Source: Lama guanicoe (Eukaryota). Taken from it: 64,000 bases of DNA. A program made the translations under genes and the position numbers. Shown piece after piece: positions 13,001 through 25,910 of this stretch (position 1 is the first letter of the stretch; each line of letters starts with the position of its first letter). The stretch lies in the NCBI GenBank assembly GCA_013239625.1, contig MU057349.1, positions 7,838,904 to 7,902,903 of the forward strand, given 5' to 3'. The notes under the pieces were generated by a model. The model ran no database searches. It was not told the DNA's origin and saw only the letters and a list, made by a program, of their open reading frames with translations.

Positions 13001-13325
13001 ATGGCTGGGACGCGCAGACTGCTCTATCTATGGCTGGGCTGCTTGTGCGTGAGCCTGGCGCGGGGACAGACACTCAAGCAGCATTTCCCGGAGATCCGCA
13101 AGGCTGTGCCGGGTGACCGCACCGCAGGTGGTGGCGCAGACCCCCTGCTGCAGCCGCACGACAAGGTGTCAGAGCACATGCTGCGACTCTACGACAGGTA
13201 CAGCGGCAGTGACAGAGCCGCGACAGCGCGGACACCAGGGTCCTCTCAACTGAGCTCTCCGCCCCTGCGGCCCCAGCTCCTGCGGGAGGGCAACACGGTT
13301 CGCAGCTTTCGAGCCGGAGCAGCAG
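13001..13325 (+). CDS. BMP3: BMP3 coding exon 1 (signal peptide + start of prodomain)
   Basis: ATG in strong Kozak context (gctATGG) with in-frame upstream TAG at 12941. Translates [22 protein letters not shown]...[14 protein letters not shown]...[15 protein letters not shown], matching the BMP3 N-terminus. Ends at consensus donor CAG/GTGAGT (13326), phase 1. Confidence 0.97.
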
Positions 13326-16300
13326 GTGAGTGCCCGAGTCCCCCCCTTTCCGTGGTCCCGGCCCAGATGTTTCCTGGGACCCCCGCAGCTTTCTCATCTG
13401 ACCTGTGCTGCCTAGAAACCTTCCCTCGGCCCCCAGCTGCCCTCCGAGCCCCTCGGTGCAGTCCCATCCCGCATTCCGCCTGTGAGTCAGCCCAATTATA
13501 GAGTCCGAATTGAGAGGAAGAATTGGAGAGAAGGGCGCCCAGGCCTGGAGGGGGTTCGGCTGGAGAAAGTGCGTGGAGCAAAGGAAGCTCCCCACCTCGC
13601 CGCCCACCGGAGTCCTCCTGCCCTGGGTGTCTGGGGCAACTCTGGGGTATCTTGTGCCGGTGTTTCTTTAGTCGGTCAGCGGAAATTCCCTTGGACTGGG
13701 CTTTAGCCATGTTTACTTAAAGGCAGATGTCATTTTATGCCAACCCCAGGGCACCAGAGAGAAAAGTCACACTTGAACTACACGCGCTCCCGTCGCCTTG
13801 TAGACGGTCGCTTCTCCAGATTTTGCACTCTCTCTTAACTCACGGTCTCTGTGTTAACGATATTTGACACTTTCCACTTGATAGTCCCTTGGTGGCAAAC
13901 CCAAACTAAACCAGGTGCTCGGGTGTTTCGATTATTTAAAAGCCATCTGGGCAAATAGGGATTGTACCACCCACCCTGGGAGGAGTTGGGAGGGAGGTGA
14001 GCAGCCATAGATGTAAACACCTCTTGGAATCTGCCGATGAAAATCTGCTCATCCCATTTTTCAACACACAGATCACTGCCGACTGAAATTCATGGCTTAA
14101 CACGGTTTCTCCTGGCCCCCTTGGTGAGGCGAATAACTTACGCTAACAGCCTGCCTCTCTTGTGCTAACAGCTTGAGGGAAAGTTTCCTGGACACTAACT
14201 CGGTTTCTATGCTTTGAGGATGCACCAGGCTTTTTTTGTTCACTACATTCATGACAAAGGGAAATGTAACTGCAAAGCCTGTCTTCAGTGAACCCTTGAA
14301 AAATAGCCAAGAATCGTCAAGTAACGAGGCCATGCCTCACGCTTGCTCTATCAATTCTGTCAGAATCACTAGAAAGAAATCTCCCAAAGCTTTGATATGC
14401 AGGACTCCTGGAAAAGAGGAACATGCAAGCATCCATCAAGGAAAGCCCTAGGCTGACACTGTAAATACACTCTGGAGCTCACAGGCATGATGACATTTAC
14501 AATAAATGTGAATTATGCTTTCTAATGCAGAAGTCTTTAGCTAGAGTCTGAGCTGAACCAGATTTCACTTGCTGCTTAAAACCACGAGCATGATCTATAA
14601 GGAGCTGGCCTCTACTAAGGAAACAGAAACCTGCTCTGGGTTGTCCATCATATGCCAGCCACTTGAGGAGGCTGTCCTGACAGCTGACCACACCAGTGAA
14701 TGCCCTGTTTACTCCAGTGCCGCTCTGAGGGCAGAGCTCGATGAAGGAGCAGGGTGGGAGAAGCAAGAGTTGGAAGGAAGTTGAATGGGCAAGGCAGGTG
14801 GCAATACTGAAGGTACTCAAATCACTCTTACCTCGATGTTCATTTTCTTGGTAATATTCCTAAGAAGCTGCTGAGGCACCCAAGAGATGAATAGTATTTT
14901 TGATATCAGCAAATTTCATTTTAGTATGAATCACAAGATTTGGAGGTGGAATAGAAGTTTGTTTCATGCACATCTATTGTATAGTGTTTTATAGGTTTGT
15001 TTTAGGATCAGGGAACCATGAGTGGGAGAAGAATAAGGCTTTGAATAACTCAGGCCCCTTTACTTTCTGGCTTCAACTCATTCCATGCATTATAATTTTA
15101 AAGTGTCCCTTATCAGCCTCTCTGAAGTCTTATACCAGCAAATGATAAACTCTGATACGGAGGCCAGAAGTTCCTTGAAATGATGAATTGCAGCTTGAAG
15201 CATATATACAAGGCTACGTGCCCTGATAAGAAAAGTAATTCCTTTAGCATCCTACAGACTGTCTTAATGACTTATTTATCAAATGTAGACACTGGTTCTT
15301 GTGGAAGCTTAAGTGTCCTGTTACTACACTGGAGACTCCTGGAGAGGTGGTTCGCATTGGACCCCTTCCAAGAGTGTTTAGTTACTACCACACTGAAAAG
15401 ACTTACTATACAGCAGTTTTGGCTCTAATAAGGCAGGACTCTAGGAAGGTGCTGAGGCTTTCATGTGTGTCTCTCTCCTTTATCCATTATCAGCATTTCC
15501 ATAACACCTTTCGTCCTGTGACATATGCTCTGATGTAGGTGAAAGGTGCTGTCTGCATTAACAAATTAGGTATGTTTTCTAGTCCGTAGTGTCTAGGTTT
15601 CACAACATATGGGCTTCCCTGTACCAAGGATGCGACAGATTTTAATGGGAAGTCAGGTGCGTGCCGTGTCTGTGGAGTGCATGCTGCTCCGGCAGACTTT
15701 CCCAGTGCTTACCTAGGCTGAGTTAGAGGCTTAGAGCCCTATTTGCTCCTTGGAACATACCTGATTAAAATTATTTATTGTTCTGAACCTAGAATATCTT
15801 TGGTTGAAATTCAGCTGCTGTGGTCTCCCTCTGATTACTTTCTACTTAAACTATTACTTGATGGTGGGTGGCATTCATCCTAAATACACTTTCTGCTAAC
15901 CCTTTTCTCCTCCCTCAACGCTATGCCGTTGGTTTGCCAAACCGTAAGTTTGGAGCGCTCCTGAGTCTTTTTGTGATGTGTAAGGGCTTACATAAAGATA
16001 GGTTTTATCTTTCCCTTTGTAAAAGGTAATTTACAAAATTATTGATGACAGAGAAGTTCAGCTGTAGAAAAACACAACGTCTTGAAGGAAGACAAGAGGG
16101 ATATGAAATCAGCTTTTATTTTCATCTTAGTTTAAGTTGTCCTTGGCTTCTATGTAATAATAATAAAAAAAAAAGAATATTTTGCATGAGGTTTTCTCCT
16201 GGCTCAGTCCTTTAAGATACATACTTTGTGTTCATTAGTTTCTCATCATTCCCATAGTCACTTAATCTTATTTTTCTCAATCATAAATTTAACCTATTTA

Positions 16301-17120
16301 GGAAAAGTGATTAGAACACATGTGTTCTTATTAGGAAACTATCATTATTTTAATTTTCGGCATATAACTACAAAAAGATTGCATTTCAGTAGATATGTGT
16401 CACCTTTTAAAAAAACCACACAGACTTCATAGATAAAAAGAAAAGAAATTTGAGGAAAGATGGACTCAAATGTGAATATTTTCCTTCAATGAGAAAGGGG
16501 AGAGTCTTTCCTGCTATGACCAAAAATCTTTAAAAATGAATAACTATCATTTGACATGTTTCTAAAGTACAAGGCTAAAATATATATACATTTGGGAAAG
16601 ATATAACCGAGGGCTGAATAATCATTCCAGTAGGAGCCAGCCCTGTGAAATGCATGGGAACGCATCATTTTTGATGGGTTTGATGGCAAGGGGATATAAT
16701 AACTTTACTAAAACAGAATTACCTTAAAATTTCTGGCACCTAGAAATGAGGCTTAAAATTAAAGAGCATTAGATTATCTGATGTGTTTATTCAAAGGACA
16801 ATAGTACATCTGGAGATGGGGAGCTGGATGTGCAGCTGCTTTGAATTACACTCTACTTTGAATACATGATAGCCCTTAATGAAGTTTTTACTGTAATAGA
16901 CAAGACAGCTTTACAATCTCTGACATTTAAAAATCCATAATACCATGAATTCTTGATTATCTATGCTAATGGAAAGGAGAAAGAAAATGAGTTACATAAG
17001 AAAATAATTTCAATTTAGCTTTTTAGCATAGTTAGACATAATCAAAGAGACCAAGAAACCATGGGGGTCAATGAAAAAAATTCCCTAAGCAGATAATTCA
17101 CTCAGGGAATATTTGTACAT

Positions 17121-17185
17121 TAATATATATATATAATATATTTTATATATTATAATATATTTTATATATTATATATACATATAAA
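17121..17185. repeat. AT-only tract with 19-bp tandem duplication
   Basis: ATAATATATTTTATATATT repeated at 17133-17151 and 17152-17170. Confidence 0.85.
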
Positions 17186-17866
17186 ATTCAGAAAATATTA
17201 AAAGAGTTACAGACATTTTATCTAATCAGTGGAAGTTTATAAGCACTTGATTGAGCCAGTTCAGATTTTTCTAAAAATTAAATAGGGCTGTGACTGTCAA
17301 ATCTGCTCTTAAGCATTTTGGAATTATATAATTTTGTATTTGGAAGAGGCTTTAAAGAAAGCAAGTCCAACCTTGTATATAAATGGAAGAAATGGGCATC
17401 AGGATATTTTTGCCAGACAATTTTTCAAACATACTGAGCTCATCTCAAAACTTATTATTTCTAATAATCTGATCTAATTTTCTAAGAGAAAATTTTATAA
17501 AAGAGGGTCTTTAGAAAATGTTAACAGGTGTTACATAAAATTGCATTCCATGGTCAAATAAGCTGGAGAAAAAATGAGCGGTTTTCTTTGCTTTGGGACC
17601 TTTCAGGGCCTTTAAACACTAGTGAATCTGCTTAAGAGTGGATCACTTTCTCTCTGAGAGAGCATTTCAGAGAAATGTGATTCTAAGATATCTGTTTGGG
17701 GAATCACTGCTTCAGAGTCTTCCTAATTTCTCAAGGAAGAAAGTATGCAAAATCAAGTGAATATTACAGCTGAAAACTATCTCCCTTTTCATCTCCCATT
17801 TAGTACCCATCTCAGGGTGTTTACTTACATTGCTACCTTTTGGACTTGAGTCCAGTTGGCATTGTA

Positions 17867-18132
17867 CCGTTGGCCCTCAATATCCCTGGGTTCTANNNNN
17901 NNNNNNNNNNNNNNNNNNNNNNNNNNNNNNNNNNNNNNNNNNNNNNNNNNNNNNNNNNNNNNNNNNNNNNNNNNNNNNNNNNNNNNNNNNNNNNNNNNNN
18001 NNNNNNNNNNNNNNNNNNNNNNNNNNNNNNNNNNNNNNNNNNNNNNNNNNNNNNNNNNNNNNNNNNNNNNNNNNNNNTTGGTCTCCGTAGGGGTCCTGCA
18101 GCCAGTTCCCTGTGGATACCAAAGGGCGACTG
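17867..18132. mobile_element. MER2/Tigger-family MITE (contains N gap)
   Basis: Ends CCGTTGGCCCTCAATATCC... and ...GGATACCAAAGGGCGACTG form degenerate inverted repeats of MER2/Tigger type. Confidence 0.7.
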
Positions 18133-19934
18133 TTCCATCTTCCTGCTTTCTTGTCTCAAACTTCTCTGAATCTAGTTTTAGACTTTCTGTCACTAATTTT
18201 ATTTTGCCTGTTTCTTTATGAATTTTCCTTCATTGTTTTCTTCTATAGGATTAATATTTTTTATTTGACATCTAGTTTTACCCTTTTAAAAGAAGAGCTA
18301 TTTTATTTGTGGGAAAATTAACTAGAAATCATACACATTACATTGTTAATATTTTATCATCATTCATCCCTTGGTTTTAGACATCTATCAAATCCTTTAT
18401 AAAATCTCCATTGTTTGTAGGATTCATTAGATAGAATAAAAGCCATGCCTATCAAAAACCTAGTGAAAATTACTGAGCAACTGTGCATATACTTTGTATT
18501 TGCTCGCCAGGATTTTTGTGCTCTCACATCAGAACTTTTCTCCCAAAATTTTGATGCTTTTCCCATCTATTCAATTTGAATGTCCTAGGAATCAGTATCT
18601 TAAGAATTTTATTTAAGTGGTATAGTGGAAAGAAGTCTGGCATCACAAATAGTCTCAGCTTGAACCTTCCAAGGCCAAGTTTCTAGTCATAGTGAATTTT
18701 ATGACTATGTTATGAATTCATGAAAATAGAATTTTGTAATGGAAACATTGACATAGTATCAATCAAGTGACACAAGTATACCAGGATGATATCTGGACAG
18801 TAATAAACCATAGCAGTGTGACTAAAGAGCCCCCATCTACGGAATATATTGAGAAATCCATAAAATTGCTGGTCTGTTCACATGTTAGTATTGGTTGTAC
18901 TAGAGTATTGGTACATAAAGCAGTACTGTTGGCAACACGCATTTTCAGGGATAATTTTATTAAAGGCATGGATGTCTATTTATCTAAAATAGCCACATGT
19001 AAGTCATAAAGCCAATTGACTATGGTGTTTTACTGACTCCTTCAATGATCTGCCTTCCTTTAAGATCCATCTTTTCTTGACAATAGAACCACATTTGGGC
19101 ACACTGTGAATAAAGGTGTTTGGACAAACTGATCCTACTGTATTAGCAACTTCAGTATGTTCTTACTGTATCAAGTGAGTCAAATTAAACATTATTATTA
19201 AATATTAAATGTTATAGTGAGTAAATGTTAAATATTCCTTAGATAAAATCATTTGCATCCAGTAGTTTTAGAAATAAAAGGTTCTTTGCTCAGTCCTCTG
19301 ACTTTATAGTTAAAACTACAGAGGTCCAACATGATCTTATTTGCTTTTCCTCCAAAGAAAATTTTAATTTAATTGCATGGAATTAATCTAGATACTGTTT
19401 GAATTGAGTGTAATTGCTGCACTTAGGCATGGGTTAAGATAAATTGTTTTCAAGAAGAGAAGAGATTCCTAGAGTTTCGATTTTTCTATTACCTGAAGCT
19501 GAATAAGCATTAAGAGATCCAAATGCTCATCTTGGCTGAACTGCTTACTAATAAAGTCATCTAATATTACTAGACCTAGTTTATTCCTCTGTCAGATGTG
19601 TTAAACCACATCTACTGTGCTGGTCTCACAGGAAGATGGTGAAACCTAATTGAGAAAATGAATGTGAAAATTCATTAAAAGCTTAGAAGCCCTAATATTT
19701 TAGAGATTATCTCTCTAGCTTCCTTCAAAACCTTAAACACACCTAAAAATCCTAATAGTGTGCAATTGTTTGTAGCACAAAGGCTGTGTCTGGGAGGCAA
19801 TGTAAAATGAAAAGGTGGTAGTCCTCTTACAAGGTGTGATATCCCAAACCTGCGTTCAAGAAGTTACCATTTCTGTCCTGACTTTGGTGGCTTAGTGGAG
19901 CAGGATCGCACTTTTCATAGTGATTTCTTGAGGT

Positions 19935-20112
19935 TATTTGTTCTCAAAGTCTGGTCCCTGGATTAGCAGCATCAGCATCACCTGGGAACTTGCTAGAAAT
20001 TCTCCAGCCCACCACCCCAGCTATCTGAATCACACACTGAGGGTGAGGCACAGAAACCCCTGCTTTCATAAGCCATCAGGGTGATGCTGATGCATGTCTG
20101 AGATACTGTGCT
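19935..20112. mobile_element. MER5A (hAT-Charlie)
   Basis: TTCTCAAAGTCTGGTCCC...GCAGCATCAGCATCACCTGGGAACTTGCTAGAAAT...GGTGATGCTGATGCA. Confidence 0.75.
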
Positions 20113-22305
20113 CTGAGCTCAGGTCCCTGGAGCTCTGACTATCTTATAACTAGCGTCTGAAATCTACGATTGACTAACGTCTCATCTGGACAAATGGTCC
20201 AATTTACATAAGGGCAAGTTTCTTTCACTTTGGAAGGTATATTAATGTCTTTATGACAGTTTTGCCCTGGGGAGAAGTTCAAAAGTAAGTTAATAAAGAT
20301 GTCTTACTCTTCTTTCACAGCTGCAGTGAGTTTGGGGCCTGATAGTTTTGCTAGAAAGAGGATGATGGAGTGGGGGCCAAGTCTCTGGAGAGCAAAGAGC
20401 ATATCTCATTTCATGCTTGTATTCTGAGGACCTGGCATAGTTTACCACACAGTAGGCACTCGAGAAATACTTCAGTTGAGCTGAGTTAGATGTTCAAGGG
20501 ACTAGATAAGAAAAGATAGTTAAAAAAAAAAAAAAGCTAGTAGAAAAGCTACCAGCCAGGCAAAGGATGCTTTAAAAATAAACTTGCCATGAAAGGATTT
20601 CCCAGGAGGCATTTTACCACATATATATTGTATGACAGCACTGTTCTACTTCATATACCACTGTTCTAGTGATGCTTTTTCTCTGATGAGCGGAAAGTAA
20701 ACTCCAAACAGTGCTTATACCCAAGAAGGCCTTTTGCTGACTTTGTGAACTTGAAACTTCTTGAAAGTTTTTTCCCTTTGGTGTTAAGTAGGAAACACTT
20801 TAGAATCTGGTTAAGTTTACACAGTTGCTCATTTGACACACTTAACAAATATTTTTCAGAAGATCAATGCCCCAGACTGTGCAAAGGCCTAGGAGTTCAA
20901 AGATTTATTAGAACATAGGTCTGCCCTCTGAGAGCTCACAGTCTAGGAATGCCCTTGGGTGGAGGCTAAGAGTAGATAAACTGATTAATGAATATTTTGC
21001 TGTTCTAGAAAAGAGTACATTATATCATCTTTGGCCATGTCTTACTTTGGACATAGAGACTGGTTGTTTTGAGATCCCATAAAACTCAGTCATTTGACTG
21101 GGACTCCACAAGAAAAACAAAATTCTGTGACTTTGTGTTCTATTTAGAATCTCTCTGTCTTGCGTTTGTCTAGAAGCTGAAGGTGGCAGATAGAAGCTGC
21201 AGCCTTGACTCTGCCAAGCAGCAACCATTCAGCCAGTGGCTCCAGGTGTATGTGGCCCTGTCCTAGGCACCCCTGGCATTTCCAGCAGCTGTGCTTTGTT
21301 TGGAGAAAGAGGTGGAAAAAGAGTTGTTCTTAGTTACATATTTTCTGTATGACTAAAATGTTTTCCCTGCTTCCTGGGGATTTAACTAATCATCAAGATT
21401 TCATTTAGTCTATTTGTTTTAAAGTCAGACTTTACATAGAAAGCTTTCCATTGTACATTCTATTTCCCTTTGAAAACGTTCTGTGTGGGCCGGCACGAAG
21501 GTGAACTTCCACTTACCGCTCCCTGGGCACTGCCTCGGCTACTCCTTGAGAGGAACCGAACTGTTGCAATAGGATGGCTGGGCCCAAGTCACAGTCTCCT
21601 TGCTGAATCCTTCGTTTCATGAGGTGCAGGTGCTTTCTTTTCAGATGAAAACAGAAATAAATCTCCTACTTTTATCTAATAATCAAACTAAAAAAAAAAC
21701 CCAAAAAAACCCCATCCATATGGGTAATAGAAGACCTGGGTTCCTCTCCAAAATCAGTGCTTACTGGCTGGCTGACTTTTATGGTCCTTCATTTTTGTAT
21801 TTCTGCAATTAATAGGTTGGACTAAATCTGTTTATTCATGAAAGAAGCGTTTATTGAGCACCGCTAAAGAGTAGCTGGGGGTAGAAGAGTCTGATGTCAT
21901 CACTACAGGGCTTTGTCTTTAAGGAATTTATGGAAGGAACAAAGATGATGAAAAGAGTAAAAGAGGCAGGGTCTGATCCAAGGGATTGGGCTACCATGAC
22001 AAGTTTGCCTCTGCTTTGCTTTAAAAACCAAACCTAGACATTCCAGGAGAACTAGGCTGGATGAAGGCATTTCAAGAAGTGGCAGCCGCTGCAAAATCCT
22101 AACAGCTGTGCAAAGGAAAGGGTGTCTTGTTCTGAAACTTACCTGACTTCTAAACCCACTTTTATTTCACTGATATTATGACTCCAGAAAATTCAAAATA
22201 AGACTATAATGCCAACAGCGGTTCATCCCAGCTTGACAGCTGTAGGTGTAGTCTCAGCAAGGAAAATCCACGCTCGGGCTGCTGCCTGCAAACAGTAAGA
22301 GAACA

Positions 22306-22319
22306 GCGCCACCTATTGG
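22306..22319 (-). promoter_or_regulatory. Candidate CTCF site in intron 1
   Basis: Minus strand CCAATAGGTGGCGC(TG): 13/14 match to the CCASYAGRKGGCRS core. Confidence 0.5.
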
Positions 22320-23221
22320 TAGTTATATTTTGACAGCAAATACATTCTTCGTGAGGAGCTGGGAATAAAGTCTACTGTAGTTCCTTGCAAGGGATCTGAG
22401 AAGTTATCCCGTTCACCTTTCATGCCTCCCCTCCCATAAAGTGATCCTCCTTTAATAGTCTTGAATTGTGACCACCTATCTCCTGTCTGCCTGTTCCCAC
22501 AGAGGGGTCTCACCGTCAGGCTGGACACTTAGAAAGTCATTACCTACGTTGACCTGGATTCTGACTGCATTCAACTGTCACCTCTAGACTTAATTCTTAT
22601 CTTTGACACTGAAAGAAAACCTCTGATCTCTCTGAATCTCTCTGCAGCCCCTCCAGCATTTGCAAACAATTCTCATGTCCCTGCTTAATCTTTTTTTTCC
22701 CTTCCTCCAAGCCGTGCATTTTCTATTTATTCAGCTCAAATTTGTAAGAGAGAATTTTAAGACCAACTTCTTGGTTACTTTCCTAGTTGCTCTCTTCTGT
22801 GTCAAAAACTAGTTAAAATGAGAGCACCCAGAATTAAACATGCCACTCTAGATACAATTGGATTGGTGTGGCATACGTTAATGTTTTCTAGTAGATGTAA
22901 ACTGCAAACAGCCTAAAAATATACAAGCTTTTGTTTTGTAACCTGATAACATCCACTGTGTTTTTTTAATATTATCGTATCAGTTTGTTCTTATTAATCA
23001 GAAAGTATACCTCCATGTTCTGATTCAATGATTCCAAACAGGGAAGTATCAGAATATTTCAGAATAGAAGTAGTGAACACAAAAGCATATTTTTACTCAC
23101 CGGTATTTCAGTATCAATATCTTCTCCTTAGATAAATCAATGCTATTCATGGGGAAGAAAGAGAAGGCTACTGCCAAACTCCTGTTCTTCAGTATATGAG
23201 AAGAGACCTATTTGAAAAGTT

Positions 23222-23350
23222 ATGTTCGCAATGCGACAATTAATGTATGTATGTTCATGTATAACTGAAAAATTGCACTCTACACTGGAATTTGACACAG
23301 CATTGTAAAATGACTATAACTCACTAAAAAATGTTTAAGAAAAAGAAAAA
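23222..23350 (+). mobile_element. Short L1 3' tail insertion in intron 1
   Basis: ...ATAACTGAAAAATTGCACTCTACACTGGAATTTGACACAGCATTGTAAAATGACTATAACTC + A-rich tail. TSD TGAAAAGTT at 23213-23221 and 23351-23359. Confidence 0.75.
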
Positions 23351-24656
23351 TGAAAAGTTGTATTAATATAAGATCTAAAAAATTAAAAAAGCACTAGAGT
23401 AGTTGGATAATGTTACCACATAATTCAACTTGCAGGGAAGTATTTATCTTATTCTTATTGATTCCTCTAGCCTCACTTATTCAACTTCAGACAACTCCCT
23501 CTCCCTCACCGCTGTTTTTGTCCACTGTAAATACTATTTGGTGGCTTTGGTGGTGGGGCGGTGAGGGGAAGAACATTGACTTGCACAACAATGAAATGCT
23601 TTAAAGTCAGAGTGGGTAAAAATAAAGTATGGATTAGAGACGTCAGGGCAAGTTTTGTGGGATGGTTGAGACTTCTAGTTCATTGTTTTAAAAAAGGAAA
23701 GGAGGAGGGAGATGTAGGTCAGGCAGAGGTCATGGGTCCCCTCACCTGGGTGGAAACAGCGCTTGTGCTGGGCATGATACAACACCTTTAGTTAGGAGCT
23801 AAATGTGAATTGGCCATTTCTTTTCTGAAGTTAGACAGGTTCGATGTCGATAAGGACTTCAAATAACTAAGTTAATTTGGGATATTTTTATAAGTTTCTG
23901 TTTGAAACATTGACAATATTACGTATGCAAAAGCTCCCAGGTGTCAGCACTGCCTACACCCAACACATCCTTTTCCCCTCATTCTTAAAAGTCTGGTTCA
24001 CAGGTTACATCTTCCCTCTGTGTTCCTCTTCCTCTTACTTGGGGAAAGTTAACTGCTTCCTCCTCTGTGCTCCAAGGACATAATTAATACCTTTGACAGT
24101 AAGTAGCATCATCACAGCATAACTACCTGCATATTAATTCTTAATCTTTTCCCCCAGCCCCAGTCTGGACAACAGTGGCCACTAGGCAGCCCTAAGACCC
24201 AGCCAAGGGTCCAGCACCTAATAGGTGTTCAACTGCAAAAAACATTTGTTTTGTTTAGCTCCTGTTCATTGTTGCTTGCAGTGGCTGTGTGTGTGTAATA
24301 CACAAATAACATAGCTGAAGCTACATATAGAATCACATAAAACACTATTACTCAACTGCCCATTTAACTCTGTGTTAGAGCAGTTAGTTGGTCTTAGACT
24401 GTTGATTGCAGATTGAACCAATTAGCTACAGCTGGAGGGAAAATTTAAAAGCAATTGCCAAAATTATCTTTATCTAATATGTTCTTGGTAAAGGAAGGTA
24501 TGTTTCATTCCAAAAAAGAATCTTTTGCCCAATTTATTTTTGGTTTGCATATGCATGTTTAAGAAATTCCTAATTCTTCACTGCATTTAGGAAAAAAATG
24601 CTTTTTTCCTTTCCTTTTAGACTATATGAGCACAAAACTGGTGGTCATTCTAGACC

Positions 24657-25690
24657 ACCACTGTCCAAGAAGAATTAAATTTGAGCCACAGATGTGACCC
24701 ACATATGTAATTTTAAAATTTTAGTAACCACATTAAAAAATATGAAAAGCCAAATGTGAAATTAATTTCAATAATGTATTACCAGCAGGGTGTCCGAGAA
24801 TTCACCTCAGTTCTAACACTGTCTACCCAGACATCAAATCCCATAGGTAAAGGGCTCAGTCCCACAAGACTGCCCTCCACCTCAGGCGCCAATTCCAAAC
24901 CCAGGTTGTTTTCAGTGCTTCTGACCAACTGGCTGAGGATTGGAGGTTCCCGCAACCCCCTCCCTGGATCTGATTAATTTACTAGGGTGGCTCACAGAAC
25001 TCAGGCAACCTATTTGCTCACTAGTTTACCAGTTTAGTATAAAAGGCTATATAACTCAGGAACAGCCAGATAAAAGCGATGCACAGGGCAAGGTAGAGGG
25101 AAGGGCTTGACGCTTCCACGCCCTTTGTGGGTGCACTGCTCTCCCCAATTTCCACGTGTTCTCCAACCCGGAAGCTCTTCAAAGCTTGTTTTTTGGTAAG
25201 TTTTTATGGCGGCTGCATTATGTAGGCATGGCTTATGAAGTCATTGGCCATTGGTGATTAACTCAGCCTCCAGCGCCTTTCCCTACACCAGAGGTTAGGG
25301 GGTGGAGCTGAAAGTGCCAACGCTCTAGTCACAGGATTGTTTCCCCTGGCAACCAGCCCCCACTCTTAGGTGGCCTCCAAAAGTCACCTCAGCAACATAA
25401 CAGAAGACATTTCTGGCTCTCATCACTTAGGCAATTCCAAGGGTTTTAGGATCTGTGCCACAAACAGGGATGAAGGCCAAATATATATTTTTCATTAAAA
25501 GTCACATTATCACAATATTTAACCCAGTGTATCTAAATATTATCACTTCAATACATAATTAATATAAAATATATTAATTTAATATTGTACACTCATTCTG
25601 TGCTGAGTCTTTGAAATACAGTGTATTTTACACTTACAGCACATCTCAATTCAAACTTAAGTGATTAGTTGCTATCATATTGGACATTAC
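24657..25690. mobile_element. MER33 (hAT-Charlie) split by an LTR insertion
   Basis: CACTGTCCAA...GAGCCACA...TAACCACATTAAAAAA...GAAATTAATTT left part; ATTTAACCCAG...ACACTTACAGCACATCTCAATTC...ATATTGGACA right part. Confidence 0.65.
24782..25513. mobile_element. MER21-like LTR nested in MER33
   Basis: GGGCTCAGTCCCACAAGACTGCCC, TTCTGACCAACTGGCT, GGCTCACAGAACTCAGG and terminal ATCACA motifs recalled from MER21. Confidence 0.65.
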
Positions 25691-25699
25691 CATTCAACT

Positions 25700-25910
25700 T
25701 AGCTGACATTCATTGAGATTTTTCTTATGTGCGATATGTATTACCTACATTCTTCCAATTAATTCTCACAACGATTCTGCCATTAATACTATTGGGCTCA
25801 TTTTACAGATGAGCAAACTGAGACTTAAAGAGTTTAGGTAATTTGCCTGAGGACAGTTGTTGGGTGTGGTGGAGCTGAGCCTGGATCACAGGGCTTTGAC
25901 TTAAAGTAAG
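25700..25910 (-). mobile_element. MIR
   Basis: Core CATTTTACAGATGAGCAAACTGAGACTTAAAGAG...GTAATTTGCCTGAGG. Confidence 0.7.

Larger units (their letters stand above)
12370..13810. promoter_or_regulatory. CpG island covering BMP3 promoter, 5' UTR, exon 1 and start of intron 1
   Basis: Abrupt rise in GC and CpG density against CpG-depleted flanks. Inverted CCAAT (ATTGG 12397-12401), CCAAT 12532-12536, GC box CCCCGCCCC 12953-12961. Boundaries estimated by eye. Confidence 0.9.

Noticed and set aside
13326-13710. Read-through of the exon 1 ORF to 166 aa and antisense ORFs of 154-177 aa
   Set aside because: BMP3 similarity stops at the perfect GTGAGT donor; the remainder is GC-rich intron.
17825-18221. 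ORFs containing X runs (also at 27.6k, 33.3k, 42.2k)
   Set aside because: Artefacts of N gaps lacking stop codons.
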